The notes beneath the pieces are model-generated. The model was not told the origin of the DNA. It ran no database searches and worked only from the letters and a program-made list of their open reading frames with translations. 49,180 nucleotides of DNA from Octopus sinensis (lineage: Eukaryota): positions 1 through 49,180 of the forward strand of contig NW_021835785.1 in NCBI RefSeq assembly GCF_006345805.1, written 5' to 3'. The first letter of the stretch is position 1; each line of letters begins with the position of its first letter. A program made the translations under genes and the position numbers. Below, one piece after another: positions 37,906 through 49,180 of the stretch.

Positions 37906-38088
37906 CTATCAGGAGAGAAATACAAAGGCGGGAGAACAGAGAGAGAAGTAAGTAATAAGAGTCGATTCTTGTAAAAAACTGTATTTACCCAAAATGTCAT
38001 CCAGTGGATTGAACACGGTACCTCGCGGTTGCGTTTAACCGTTTGACTATGCAACGTCTTAAACATTTGAATATGAAACATCTTAACC

Positions 38089-38320
38089 TATTTCCTTACT
38101 ACCCACAAGGGGCTAAACACAGAGAGGACAAACAAGGACAGACCAACGGATTAAGTCGATTATATCGACCCCAGTGCGTAACTGGTACTTGATTTATCGA
38201 CCCTGAAAAGATGAAAGGCAAAGTCGACCTCGGCGGAATTTGAACTCAGAACGTAACGGCAGACGAAATACCGCAAAGCATTTCGCCCGGCATGCTAACG
38301 TTTCTGCCAGGTCACCGCCT
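38089..38320 (-). mobile_element. SINE family B, young insertion
   Basis: 17-bp TSD TATGAAACATCTTAACC (38072-38088 / 38321-38337). Confidence 0.95.
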
Positions 38321-39159
38321 TATGAAACATCTTAACCATTTAGTTATACTGCGCATATAAAATCCTCAGGTTTTATTATGATTAGGTTCAGTCCACATTA
38401 TTCCGAAAGGAGCTAAGGTTTCCCGGTTTCTCAGGCGTATATAAGTTCCGTCGCATGATTGCTCTTTTTTATCAGCTGGGTAGACTGGAGCAACTTTAAA
38501 AGAAATGTTTGGTTAAAGAGCACAACGAATCGTCTGGTCCAGGAATCGAAACCGCAAACTTTAATCGTGATTTCAATACTCTAACCACTAAACCATGCTC
38601 CTTCACATCAATATTTGCTATTTTGCTATACATGTAAATATCAGTATTGAAATAAGCTTGGATGTTTGTTTTCATTTTATTTTATAATTTGTAAAATGTA
38701 TCATAAGCCTGATTGCCGACGTTATTGATTGAGAATAATGTATGTTAAATTTCATATGAGGTAAACGAAAGTTAGGCCAGTTATAGAGAAAGGGAAGAGA
38801 AAGTGTACGCGAATGTGTGAGAAAGAGAGAGAGAGAGGGAGATATGGTTTAAGAAAAGTAATGAGGAGGGAACGTGCTGTTTGGTGCAAGTTCAACGCTA
38901 ATCGTGAGCGCCTATGATCAAAGGTGTTCCATCCGTGATTATCCTGTCTTTTATTTTTATTTTCAGATATCTAGGACATTATCTAATGTGTCTTTCCTGG
39001 GGTTTTTTGTTTTTGTTTTTTCTCAAATGGATTTTGTTTTTTCTCAAATGGATTTGTTTTTTCTCAAATGGTAGAATGGGATTTGAGCATTAATTCTAGT
39101 TTCTAGCTTATAGAGGATCTTTCGTTCGTCTCAGTGTGTGTAATACTAAAATACAAGGC

Positions 39160-39227
<68 letters not shown>

Positions 39228-39261
39228 AAAAAATAGATGTGGAAACGAGTTGTGATATATA

Positions 39262-39578
39262 AAAAAGGAAAGGAAGAAAATGCTGACAAAATAATTTAAG
39301 TAAGGGAGTGTATTTAATAGGTGAAAAGTTCTTTTACCGGTGCGCATTGTTATGCTTATCAAAATATATTTGAGTGAGATAGAGTTCCTTTCTGATTGAT
39401 TTTTCTTTCTTCATCTGACTGATAAGAGAAAAAAATCAATCAGAAAGGAACTCTATCTCACTCAAAATATCTTTTCATAAGCATATCAAATGGCAACCGG
39501 TAAAAAGAACTTTCACCTAATTAAATACACTCTCCCTTACTTAAATTATTTTGTCAGCATTTTCTTCATTTCCTTTAT
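39262..39578. repeat. ~315-bp imperfect palindrome next to (TA)n
   Basis: AAAGGAAAGGAAGAAAATGCTGACAAAATAATTTAAGTAAGGGAG... mirrored by ...CTCCCTTACTTAAATTATTTTGTCAGCATTTTCTTCATTTCCTTT; inner GAGTGAGATAGAGTTCCTTTCTGATTGATTTT also mirrored. Confidence 0.88.
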
Positions 39579-40497
39579 ATATATATATATATACTTATAT
39601 ATGTATGTATGTACGTATATATATTGTTTAGGCAAGGCGATACTAATAACTTCGTGTAGAACTCAATGTGAGGTTAACCATTTCTTGAAATGTTGATGTA
39701 TTTGTATCTTTGTGCTTGTGTGTGTGTGTGTGTGAGCCGGTGAGCGCATGTATGTGGGTGTGTAAAGAGAGACGTATGAAATAGGTATCAAACTGCAACA
39801 AGTATTAGTGTGAGTATAATCAACTGACATCTGTGGAGACAGTGATCCATCATGGCTGCAGTCTAATGACTGAAAATATAACGAGTTTTACATGCCGATA
39901 TTTTTCTGCAAATGTTTTGAAAATTCGCTTTCATGATCGGCCCTTTTCTACTTAATATAACTTTTTCCAACTCGTGGTCATGTGGCAGAAGAACAGTAAA
40001 TGTAAAAACTATATAAAATAGCGCCAAACACCATAGCCAATAGATTATGTGCATTTCTATATGTGTGTGTGCATGTGTGTGTGTGTGTGTGTTTGTGTCT
40101 ATGCATGTGGGATAGATAGAGGAAGACAGAGACAGAAAGGGAAAGAGAGAGAGAGAGCACACAGGATGATCATTATGACATTATGATGATGCTGATATTG
40201 ATAATGAGGGTAATGATAGTGTTGTTTATTTTGTTTATTATGCACACGCCCACACACAGATCCGTTTATATAAATACGGTTTCGAATATAAGTTACATAT
40301 ATATACATATATAGTATACATAGACGGTCATACAATATAAATGTGTATATATGTACGTGTGTGTGTGTTCATGCGTAAGTCTGTGTGGGTTGGCGCTTGC
40401 TCGTACAGACACACACACAAGAAAATATATATAGATGTTAGAGTGCCTGTGGAACTACTTACAATTATGGTATCAACTTGTATATATGCATATGTTC

Positions 40498-40528
<31 letters not shown>

Positions 40529-40529
40529 A

Positions 40530-40590
<61 letters not shown>

Positions 40591-40779
40591 TTATATACTA
40601 AAATTGTGGCTGATATTCTTCTTCTAGAGGATAGTCCCGCCACTATGTCACTAAAAAATCCCATGCGCTTCACACATAGCTGCTCCGACGCCTCGAGGAT
40701 TTCACACATCAGCTCCACCTAGAGGGCATTTAATAATCATTGCAACGTTTAAAAGATAAGTATCAAGAAATCAGGTAAT

Positions 40780-41030
40780 GCCTTTGTGAATTGCATTGCT
40801 CGCAAAGATTTCTCGCCTTCTCAAATTGCTGCCAGGTTTTTCTGCTCCCTTACCAAGAGGTTCTTTATGAACTTTGCTTAATCCTCCGACAATCCCTATC
40901 TCTACTGCAGAGAAATACAAGGCTATAAATATATCACTCTTGAAAATATAATCGCCACTCTTCCTGATCATCTTCCTCCTAAATAAAGAGCTTTGATAGT
41001 ATTATACGAAAACGTCCTAAGAAGTATTCT
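40780..41030 (+). pseudogene. possible decayed LINE reverse-transcriptase relic
   Basis: PLPRGS (cf. PLPKKGD) and AGAGCTTTGATAGTATT (cf. KAFDSI with a 1-nt deletion); heavily degenerate. Confidence 0.3.
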
Positions 41031-41039
41031 GACAATGTG

Positions 41040-41425
41040 GAAGCACTCCGTCGGTTACGACGATGAGGGTTCCGGTTGATCCGAATCAACGGAACAGCCT
41101 GCTCGTGAAATTAACGTGTAAGTGGCTGAGCATTCCACAGACACATGCACCCTTAACGTAGTTCTCGGGGATATTCAGCGTGACACAGAGAGTGACAAGG
41201 CCGGCCCCTTGAAAACTAAAGTACAAACAGAAACAGGAAGTAAGAGTGAGAGAAAGTTGTGGTGAAAAGAGTACAGCAGGGATCACCACCATCCCCTGCC
41301 GGAGCCTCGGGAGCTTTTTAGGTGTTTTCGCTCAATAAACACTCACAACGCCCGGTCTGGGAATCGAAACCGCGATCCTATGACTGCGAGTCCGCTGCCC
41401 TAACCACTGGGCCATTGCGCCTCCA
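41040..41425 (-). mobile_element. SINE family C (tail type 3)
   Basis: reverse complement of 42236-42585; complete tRNA-Arg-like head at 41350-41425. Confidence 0.92.
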
Positions 41426-42235
41426 CAAATGTATTGCACTTTGACAATGTATTGTCAATGTATTGTCAATGCCTCTGACAATGTATTGCACTTTAAGATC
41501 GCCCATTTTAGATTGGAACTTTCTTAGATGACATGTCTGTCGAGACACAATTTCTGTCAACAGTATTATCTTTTAGCGTCACGAATGTCTCGTACAATAT
41601 ATTTTTCCTAGAGGAGTGACTGTTACTATATTAACAAATAACAGTTAATTATTAAGTCATTATTATTATATCGTACAATTATTCTGATACTGAAGTCGAC
41701 TGTCCTAATGTTCTTGGTTCAAATTCCTCCGATGTCACCTTTGTCTTTCATCATTTCGGGATCGATAAAATAAGTTGCAGTCGAACACACAGTGTTAGCG
41801 ACTAGCCCCATCTCATCAACTTTCAAGCCTTGTACCTGTAGCAGGAATGATTACTGTGTTATTAAAGTTAATTTCGTCCCTCCAAGTTTTCAATCCATAT
41901 CCCTCGACATTGAGCTTAACTTTGTTATCTCCAATTTTGGTTTATTCACAAGAACAACAACTTGTAAACATTAAATTCGCTGCCCATGCTAATGCCAAGA
42001 AATATTTGTTACCTTTAGTAGAGGTGCTGGTGTCAGAAACAGTAGAAGTACAGATTTAGTATCTTACAGTATTTAGACTTACCTTTTTACGTTAAAATCT
42101 TGAGGTTAACGTTCATCATAAGCACTCACCACAAATTTCCCAGGTTCGGTTTTCTTGGTTATCAATGTTCTTTATTTAGAACTTGCATCTCCTCCAAATG
42201 TAAGATAGCGTCATTACTCTATATTATTTGACAAG

Positions 42236-42585
42236 TGGAGGCGGTCATAGGATCGCGGTTTCGATTCCCTGACTGGGCGTTGTGAGTGTTTATTGAGCGA
42301 AAACACCTAAAGCTCCACGACGCTCCGGCAGGGGATGGTGGTGATCCCTGCTGTACTCTTTCACCACAACTTTCTCTCACTCTTACTTCCTGTTTCTGTT
42401 GTACCTGTATTTCAAAGGGCCGGCCTTGTCAGTCTCTGTGTCACGCTGAATATCCCCGAGAACTACGTTAAGGGTACACGTGTCTGTGGAGTGCTCAGCC
42501 ACTTACACGTTAATTTCACGAGCAGGCTGTTCCGTTGATTCGGATCAACCGGAACCCTCATCGTCGTAACCGACGGAGTGCTTCC
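42236..42585 (+). mobile_element. SINE family C (tail type 3), 5'-truncated
   Basis: tail ...GGAACCCTCATCGTCGTAACCGACGGAGTGCTTCC. Confidence 0.92.
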
Positions 42586-42599
42586 TCTCTCCTCATTAT

Positions 42600-42810
42600 T
42601 TGACAGTTTTTTCGGCAGTTTCTTTCAAGTTTCTGTTGCATGAAATAAGAACATGGTGGCTCTCTTCTTCTTCTTCAGGTGTGTTTCCCCTCCAGTTTGA
42701 ATGAGACGTACATATGTGTTAGTATGCTTCGTCATTTTTGCTTTACTATGGTCTTTGGTTTGTTGCTACTAATGCTTGTCCAGTGTTTTAAATGTTGACA
42801 TCGGCCATGG
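42600..42810 (-). pseudogene. possible decayed LINE APE-endonuclease relic
   Basis: minus-strand SHSNWRGNTPEEEESHHVLISCN resembles RTE-type SExxWxG.G...EGHxxLxSG. Confidence 0.3.
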
Positions 42811-43314
42811 TATGGTTAGCACTTATCGTCGATGATCGCATTGGTGACGTACATTTGTGCACCATCTAAGTCTCTCCTCAACCACTTCTGCCTCATGCCA
42901 TATATCCCAGAGTAGGGTTCATAAACCTGGCATGGGCGGTCCCTTGGTAAACTTAGATCCATCAAAAGCTCTCGTTAGAGTCAGTTACCAATAATTGGAG
43001 GTTTTCCTCACAGTAGCCGCTCGGTCCCATCATAGGTGGGTCGACCGACAGCAGCTTGGTAATTATGGTGCTTTGTGGGGTTTCCACAGTCAACCCTCGG
43101 GGGTTTCCTCTCTTTTGCAGAGTTATTAATTGTTTAAATCTTTTGTTTCTTTGTTTCTGTTCTTTTTACTGTTTACACGAGTATATGGAACATCACCTTG
43201 TGTCATCATCGATCATTTCGTGAATCTTTAGGGGTTAATAAGGAAATCATCCTCATCGTCATTATCGTCGTCGTCATCATTATCATCAAAAACATTATTA
43301 TTGTCGTTGTCAGG

Positions 43315-43495
43315 ACAAAATTCTTTGCTGCATTTCGTCCGCCTTGTTCTGAGTTCAAATTTCGCCGAGGAGGTCGACTTTGCCTTGCATTCTTTCGAGA
43401 TTGTTAAAAACACTGGGGGGTGATGTAATCGACAAACCCAGTGCCCTTCCTCACAGAAAAGAAAAAAATTAAGGCTTGTGCCTATAGCATAAAGA
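43315..43495 (+). mobile_element. SINE family B, diverged
   Basis: GAGTTCAAATTTCGCCGAGGAGGTCGACTTTGCCTTGCATTCTTTCG. Confidence 0.75.
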
Positions 43496-43661
43496 ATTAT
43501 TGTTGTTGTTGTTGTTGTTGTTGTTTTGTTGGTTTTTTGACATTTCAAGACATGATGTTTACATTAGTCACAGGATCGCTATTCACATTTTATTTTTCAA
43601 TTATGATAAAATAGAAATGATTTAGATGGAGTTTGCAGAGAGAAACTTAGAGAAGCCTACA

Positions 43662-43680
43662 AATAATAATAATAATAATG

Positions 43681-43744
<64 letters not shown>

Positions 43745-43767
43745 TAATAATAATAATAATAATAATG

Positions 43768-43819
<52 letters not shown>

Positions 43820-43842
43820 TAATAATAATAATAATAATGATA

Positions 43843-43912
<70 letters not shown>

Positions 43913-44081
43913 GATAATAATAATAACAACAATGATGATGATAATAATATAATAATAATAATAATAATATAATAATAATAACTATAACAATAATAATAAT
44001 AACAACAACAACAATAATAATAATAATAATAATAACAACAATAATAATAACAATAATAATAATAACAATAATAATAATAAC

Positions 44082-44127
<46 letters not shown>

Positions 44128-44152
44128 TAATAATAATAATAATAATATAATA
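43662..44152. repeat. (AAT)n microsatellite with GAT/AAC interruptions, ~490 bp
   Basis: direct reading; source of the 208-aa poly-I/Y ORF. Confidence 0.97.
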
Positions 44153-44589
44153 AATGAAATGAAAGCAGATAAACTAGCATTAAAACCTTTACTTTTTCTT
44201 TTTGCATTTTTCTTGACTTTGAAAAAAATTTCGGCTGGTTTCTATTAGATTCAGATAGACAGACATCAAGCAAGAATGTGTCAGGTTAAATTTCTGGGAA
44301 GGATTGATTCGCTTACATCTATCTACTTAAAGTTTATTCAGAAACGACAGTTTTGGGTGAGGTTCAACTGCGCTACTAATACGCTACTAGATATCTGAGA
44401 GCTGATGACATGAGCGAAAACAGTTCCGCTAGATATGGAACTCCTCCTTCATCGTCTCCATTACTTCTCATCACCTATATCGGAATATGTCTGTTATTAC
44501 AATCATATAACTTAAACCATACATACAGACATAAATGCGAATATGCGTTGATGTGTGTATATATGTGTGCGTGCGTACTATATGCATAT

Positions 44590-44594
44590 ATATG

Positions 44595-44663
<69 letters not shown>

Positions 44664-44678
44664 TATGTATAATAAATA

Positions 44679-44711
<33 letters not shown>

Positions 44712-44789
44712 AATATCTATATATATAGATATATGTATATAATATATATATATATATGTATATATAAATATATATAAATATTTATATAT

Positions 44790-44834
<45 letters not shown>

Positions 44835-44855
44835 TAATATATATATATATATATA

Positions 44856-44951
<96 letters not shown>

Positions 44952-45020
44952 TATATATATATAAATATAATATAATATAATATAATATATATTAAATATA
45001 TATATATATATATATAAAAT

Positions 45021-45070
<50 letters not shown>

Positions 45071-45134
45071 TATATATTATATAAATATATATATATATAT
45101 ATTATATATATATATATATATAAATATATAATAT

Positions 45135-45189
<55 letters not shown>

Positions 45190-45227
45190 TAGATATATAT
45201 ATTATATATAAATATATATATATAATA

Positions 45228-45301
<74 letters not shown>
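44590..45301. repeat. long imperfect (TA)n tract, ~700 bp
   Basis: direct reading. Confidence 0.95.
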
Positions 45302-45304
<3 letters not shown>

Positions 45305-45307
<3 letters not shown>

Positions 45308-45580
45308 GTAAAAGAGTAAGGAGTACATATATATATTATATATATATATATATATATACTCTTTACTTTTACTCTTTTACTTGTTTCAGTCATTTGATGG
45401 TGGCCATGCTGAAGTACCGCCTTTAGTCGAGCAAATCGACCCCAGGACTTATTCCTTGTAAGCTTTGTACTTAATCTATCGGTCTCTTTTGCCGAACCGC
45501 TAATTGACGGTGAAGTAAACACGCCAATATCGGTCGTCAAGCGATGTTGGGAGGGGACAAACACAGACACGAACATACAA

Positions 45581-45632
<52 letters not shown>

Positions 45633-45795
45633 ACGACGAGCTTCTTTCAGTTTCCGTCTACCAAATCCATTCACAAGGCTTTGGTCGGCCCGACGCTATA
45701 GTAGAAGACACTTGCCCAAGGTGCCACGCAGTGGGACTGAACCCGGAACCATGGGGTTGGTAAATAAGCTACTTACCACACAGCCACTCCTACGC
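45305..45795 (-). mobile_element. SINE family A, full length
   Basis: reverse complement of 33312-33720 with expanded internal (TA)n. Confidence 0.9.
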
Positions 45796-45820
45796 CTATA
45801 TACATACATATATATATATG

Positions 45821-45868
<48 letters not shown>

Positions 45869-46870
45869 ATGTATATATATATATAATATATATAATATAC
45901 TATAATATGTATGTATGTACGAATATATATTGTTTAGGCATGGCGATACTAATAACTTCGTGTAGAACTCAATATATGTATGCTTTTGAACGAAGCGTTA
46001 GTTGAGTACCGAGCAATAATAAGATAAGAGATGACAAAGGAATAAACGATTAGGAAGTTCATAAGATAATCGTTTCTTCTTTCCTTTTCTCTTGTCTGTC
46101 TAAATATACATGTATGCATACATACATATAACTGTATTACACTTATATACAATATTACATATATTATTTGTAATATTGTTTATATGTAATATTATATGTA
46201 ATATTGCATATAACTATATTGCACATATATACAAACTATATAAACGCACATACACACGTATATGTTTGTATGTATGTATACATAAATATATACATATTAT
46301 GTACGCGCTCGCACTCATATATATTAATACACTATCATACACACACACACACAAACATATATATATGTTAATATACACCCATATATGTATCTAAGTATAC
46401 ATAGGCTTTAAATATATACCTAAATATACATAAATTTACACACACCTACACACAATGACTGTCTACAATTCGACGATGACATTGTCCTCCTCCTGCCTGA
46501 GTACCACTATGTTCCTTGTGAATATGCAGAGGCTGTTCTAGACCAATACGGGACAGCTATGAAGTCGCAGATAGAAAATGAGCTGCATTGTTAGCGTTCA
46601 GTGAATTAATGTGATAATGATGTGGGACTGCTCTTCGTTCCTCTTATCAGGTGCTTCCTGTTTCAAACCGTTGCACTTCACTGTTAAGCATCTCACCGCC
46701 GCGTCTACTAATGTGCTGCAAGTCTTTTAAGTTCTTGCATATGTAACATGCACTTCTATCCGTGTGTCCAATTGCACATGTAACATACACTTCAATTGAT
46801 GTGTCCAACGCTGTTGGGGTAACTATGTTGAATAGATGCCTCCGATAGCTTACCAAAGAACTCTATTCTT

Positions 46871-47102
46871 ATTTCTTTATTGCCCACAAGGGGCTAATCT
46901 CAGAGGGAACAAACAAGGACAGACAAAGAGATTGAGTCGATTACATCGACCTCAGTGCATAACTGGTACAAAATTTATCGACCCCGAAAGGATGAAAGGC
47001 ACAGTTGACCTCGGCGGAATTTGAACTCAGAACGTAGCAGAAGACGAAATACCGCTAAGCACTTCGCCCGGCGTGCTAACGTTTCTGCCGGCTCGCCGCC
47101 TT
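46871..47102 (-). mobile_element. SINE family B, young insertion
   Basis: 14-bp TSD AGAACTCTATTCTT on both sides. Confidence 0.93.
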
Positions 47103-48105
47103 AGAACTCTATTCTTGTCGACTAGGACTCTATATTCATGTGCCCGGTCCAGCGGCGGATACAATTCATAATCATAGCCACTTTGCTGAAGGATTATGTA
47201 TGCTTCAAAATTTAAGCATGACGGCAGTCACTTAAATCTTCATGGATTTTTCCTGACCGCTCTAGAAAATTCGTACAAAATCTTTTACGGTTTGCAGTAT
47301 GAGGATTGTGCTGCACGTCCGTCAATACCTTTGGTCTCTAAAGCTTTGTGCCTCTGAATTCAGAACCATTTACAGGAATGCGTTTTCGGACTTAATCCTC
47401 CATTTCATATGGAGATTTCTATCGATAATCAATTCTTAGGTCACACCTTTTATTTTTTGTGTCATGGAAGCATCATTTATTGGTCTTCGGCTTTGACCCA
47501 GTAGCTTAATAACAGAATTAAAATGGCCTATCCTGCGTTTAGATTCCATACTTGAACGTCTAAGCTGAAGCTTCGCATTTTATAGGATATCAATGTTTAA
47601 TATGTTGTCATTCTCCCAATCTCTCCGAATTTTTCAGTATGTTCGAATATATATGTATGAATGTTTATAACTATATATATTTATTCATATATTTACACAC
47701 ATGCACATTCTCCCGCGCTCACACATACATATATTTGAAAAGAGAGAGAGTGGGGAGAGAGAAAAAAAACGATCAGAAGTAATAAGGACTGTAGTATAAG
47801 TACTTCATCAAAATTCTTAGTTGTCATTTAGATTAATGAGAAAAAGCTAATTTTGACGTTTCGTACAGTCTTCCCTCGGAATATACGTACAGTGGACATG
47901 ACAACGAAACAAGCAAGAACTCTTCAAAATATTTACAATAAATAAGTAATAAATAAATAAGCCATATAACAAACCTAATGTTTGCTTATGCCTAAAACAG
48001 CATGGCGCCAATATTGCAGAATATCCTTCAGATCAGGTGTTCTTATAGCGAAACTCAGACAATGCTTTAAAATCTACCCAGTGTTAATTCACTTCGGTAT
48101 TTCCC

Positions 48106-48255
48106 ATATGACGGGCTTCTTTCAGTTTCCCTCTATCAGATTCACTCACAAGGTTTTGGTTGGTCTTAGGCTATAGTAGAAGATACTGGCAAAAGTTACC
48201 ACGTTGTGTGATTGAACTCAGAACTCTGTCGTTGGAAAACAAGCTTCTTACCGCC
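48106..48255 (-). mobile_element. SINE family A, diverged 5' portion
   Basis: ATGACGGGCTTCTTTCAGTTTCC...CACTCACAAGG...CTATAGTAGAAGA. Confidence 0.75.
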
Positions 48256-48471
48256 ACTAAGTCAATGAGAGTAATGATACAGAGAATGGACTAAAAGGAG
48301 ACGAAGATACACGGACGGAAAAGGCCGGAGATGAACTCAGAGATGTGTGATGAAGGATCCCCGGACAATGAATGTATAATAAAATAAGAACAAGAATAAA
48401 CGAGTGAAGGAAGAATATATAGCGTGAGCGTTGGTTTGGCAAAAAGGATAAAATGACCATCTCACAAATAG

Positions 48472-48519
<48 letters not shown>

Positions 48520-49180
48520 TTAAATAATAAGGGTAGAACATTGAATATTATTTTGATTAATATCTATTAAACCAGTGGCCAGCATATCGAAAAAATCTGA
48601 AGATTCAGAAAAATTATACATTACATATGTATAAGAGAGATGAACACTAGGTGGATATCTAGCATACTGGATGTCCACATAGTGGTCATCCCTCTTATAT
48701 ATATAGATATGTGTGTGTGTGTATGTATGCATATATATACACGCATATATATACATATATATATATATATTTATATGCACATATACACATATCTATACAT
48801 ATATTTATATACATATATATATATACGTTTCACATACTCTGATACGAGAACACCAGATATAAATATTAATGCATGCATATACACGTAAGCACACATACGC
48901 AAGAGAGGACACGCATACTCATATATATGCACATATAAGTAAAGTATGGGTAAAGTATGTAAAGTATATACATACATAGCTGTGTATACACACACACAGA
49001 TACACAATATATATATATATATATTATACATATATAATATATATATATATATATACATACATATATGAATGTAAGGATATAAGACTTTATAAATCCCTGA
49101 CATGTGTAGACGGATTTCTGTTAGAATTAATATATGATATTTAAGTTTACTCTTTAGCTTCAAAACATTAATATAATTGT

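Noticed and set aside
41350-41425. tRNA-Arg-like sequence (also 4801-4875, 15880-15954)
   Set aside because: These are SINE heads continuing into SINE bodies; no complete acceptor stem, so not tRNA genes
43647-44273. 208-aa ORF and most other listed ORFs (poly-I/Y, IYLS, HT, CV repeats)
   Set aside because: Translations of (AAT)n, (TA)n, (AGAT)n, (CA)n microsatellites or of SINE bodies; no coding signal
44398-44440. CTGATGA-CATGAGC-GAAAA motif
   Set aside because: No stem II, stem III or cleavage triplet geometry
46450-46856. LQFDDDIVLL (FADD-like RT motif) and the 69-aa minus-strand ORF
   Set aside because: Flanking residues do not continue an RT alignment; no recognisable protein
47850-47885. 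Minus-strand CCGAGGG...CGAAACGTC motif
   Set aside because: Core and stems too degenerate to call

Overview
AT-rich, microsatellite-dense eukaryotic non-coding DNA. The SINE families resemble octopus/cephalopod repeats (inference from memory, not a database search). I found no confidently supported protein-coding gene; nearly all listed ORFs are translations of microsatellites or SINEs. Recognisable content: three tRNA-derived SINE families (several copies with 14-18 bp target-site duplications), two decayed mariner transposons, a Tc1-like 3' fragment, a hAT-derived non-autonomous element with a perfect 8-bp TSD, RTE-like LINE relics, and long (TA)n/(AGAT)n/(AAT)n tracts. The main unexpected signal is a set of type I hammerhead ribozyme (HHR) motifs in at least five unrelated sequence families, most of them in elements embedded in (TA)n tracts. 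(i) An 8-copy head-to-tail ~594-bp array (25124-29902) has one HHR per unit on the minus strand, with a 69-nt stem II and a near-palindromic stem III. (ii) A canonical HHR lies at 24005-24075. (iii) A 156-bp palindrome (7027-7182) holds two divergent HHRs. (iv) A 359-bp unit (31445-32205) has a circularly permuted inverted copy and a U3-A8 covariant HHR. (v) A variant HHR lies at 29975-30022. This fits non-autonomous Penelope-like/retrozyme elements that could yield self-cleaved, possibly circular RNAs. All folds were derived by eye, and ribozyme activity and expression are untested.
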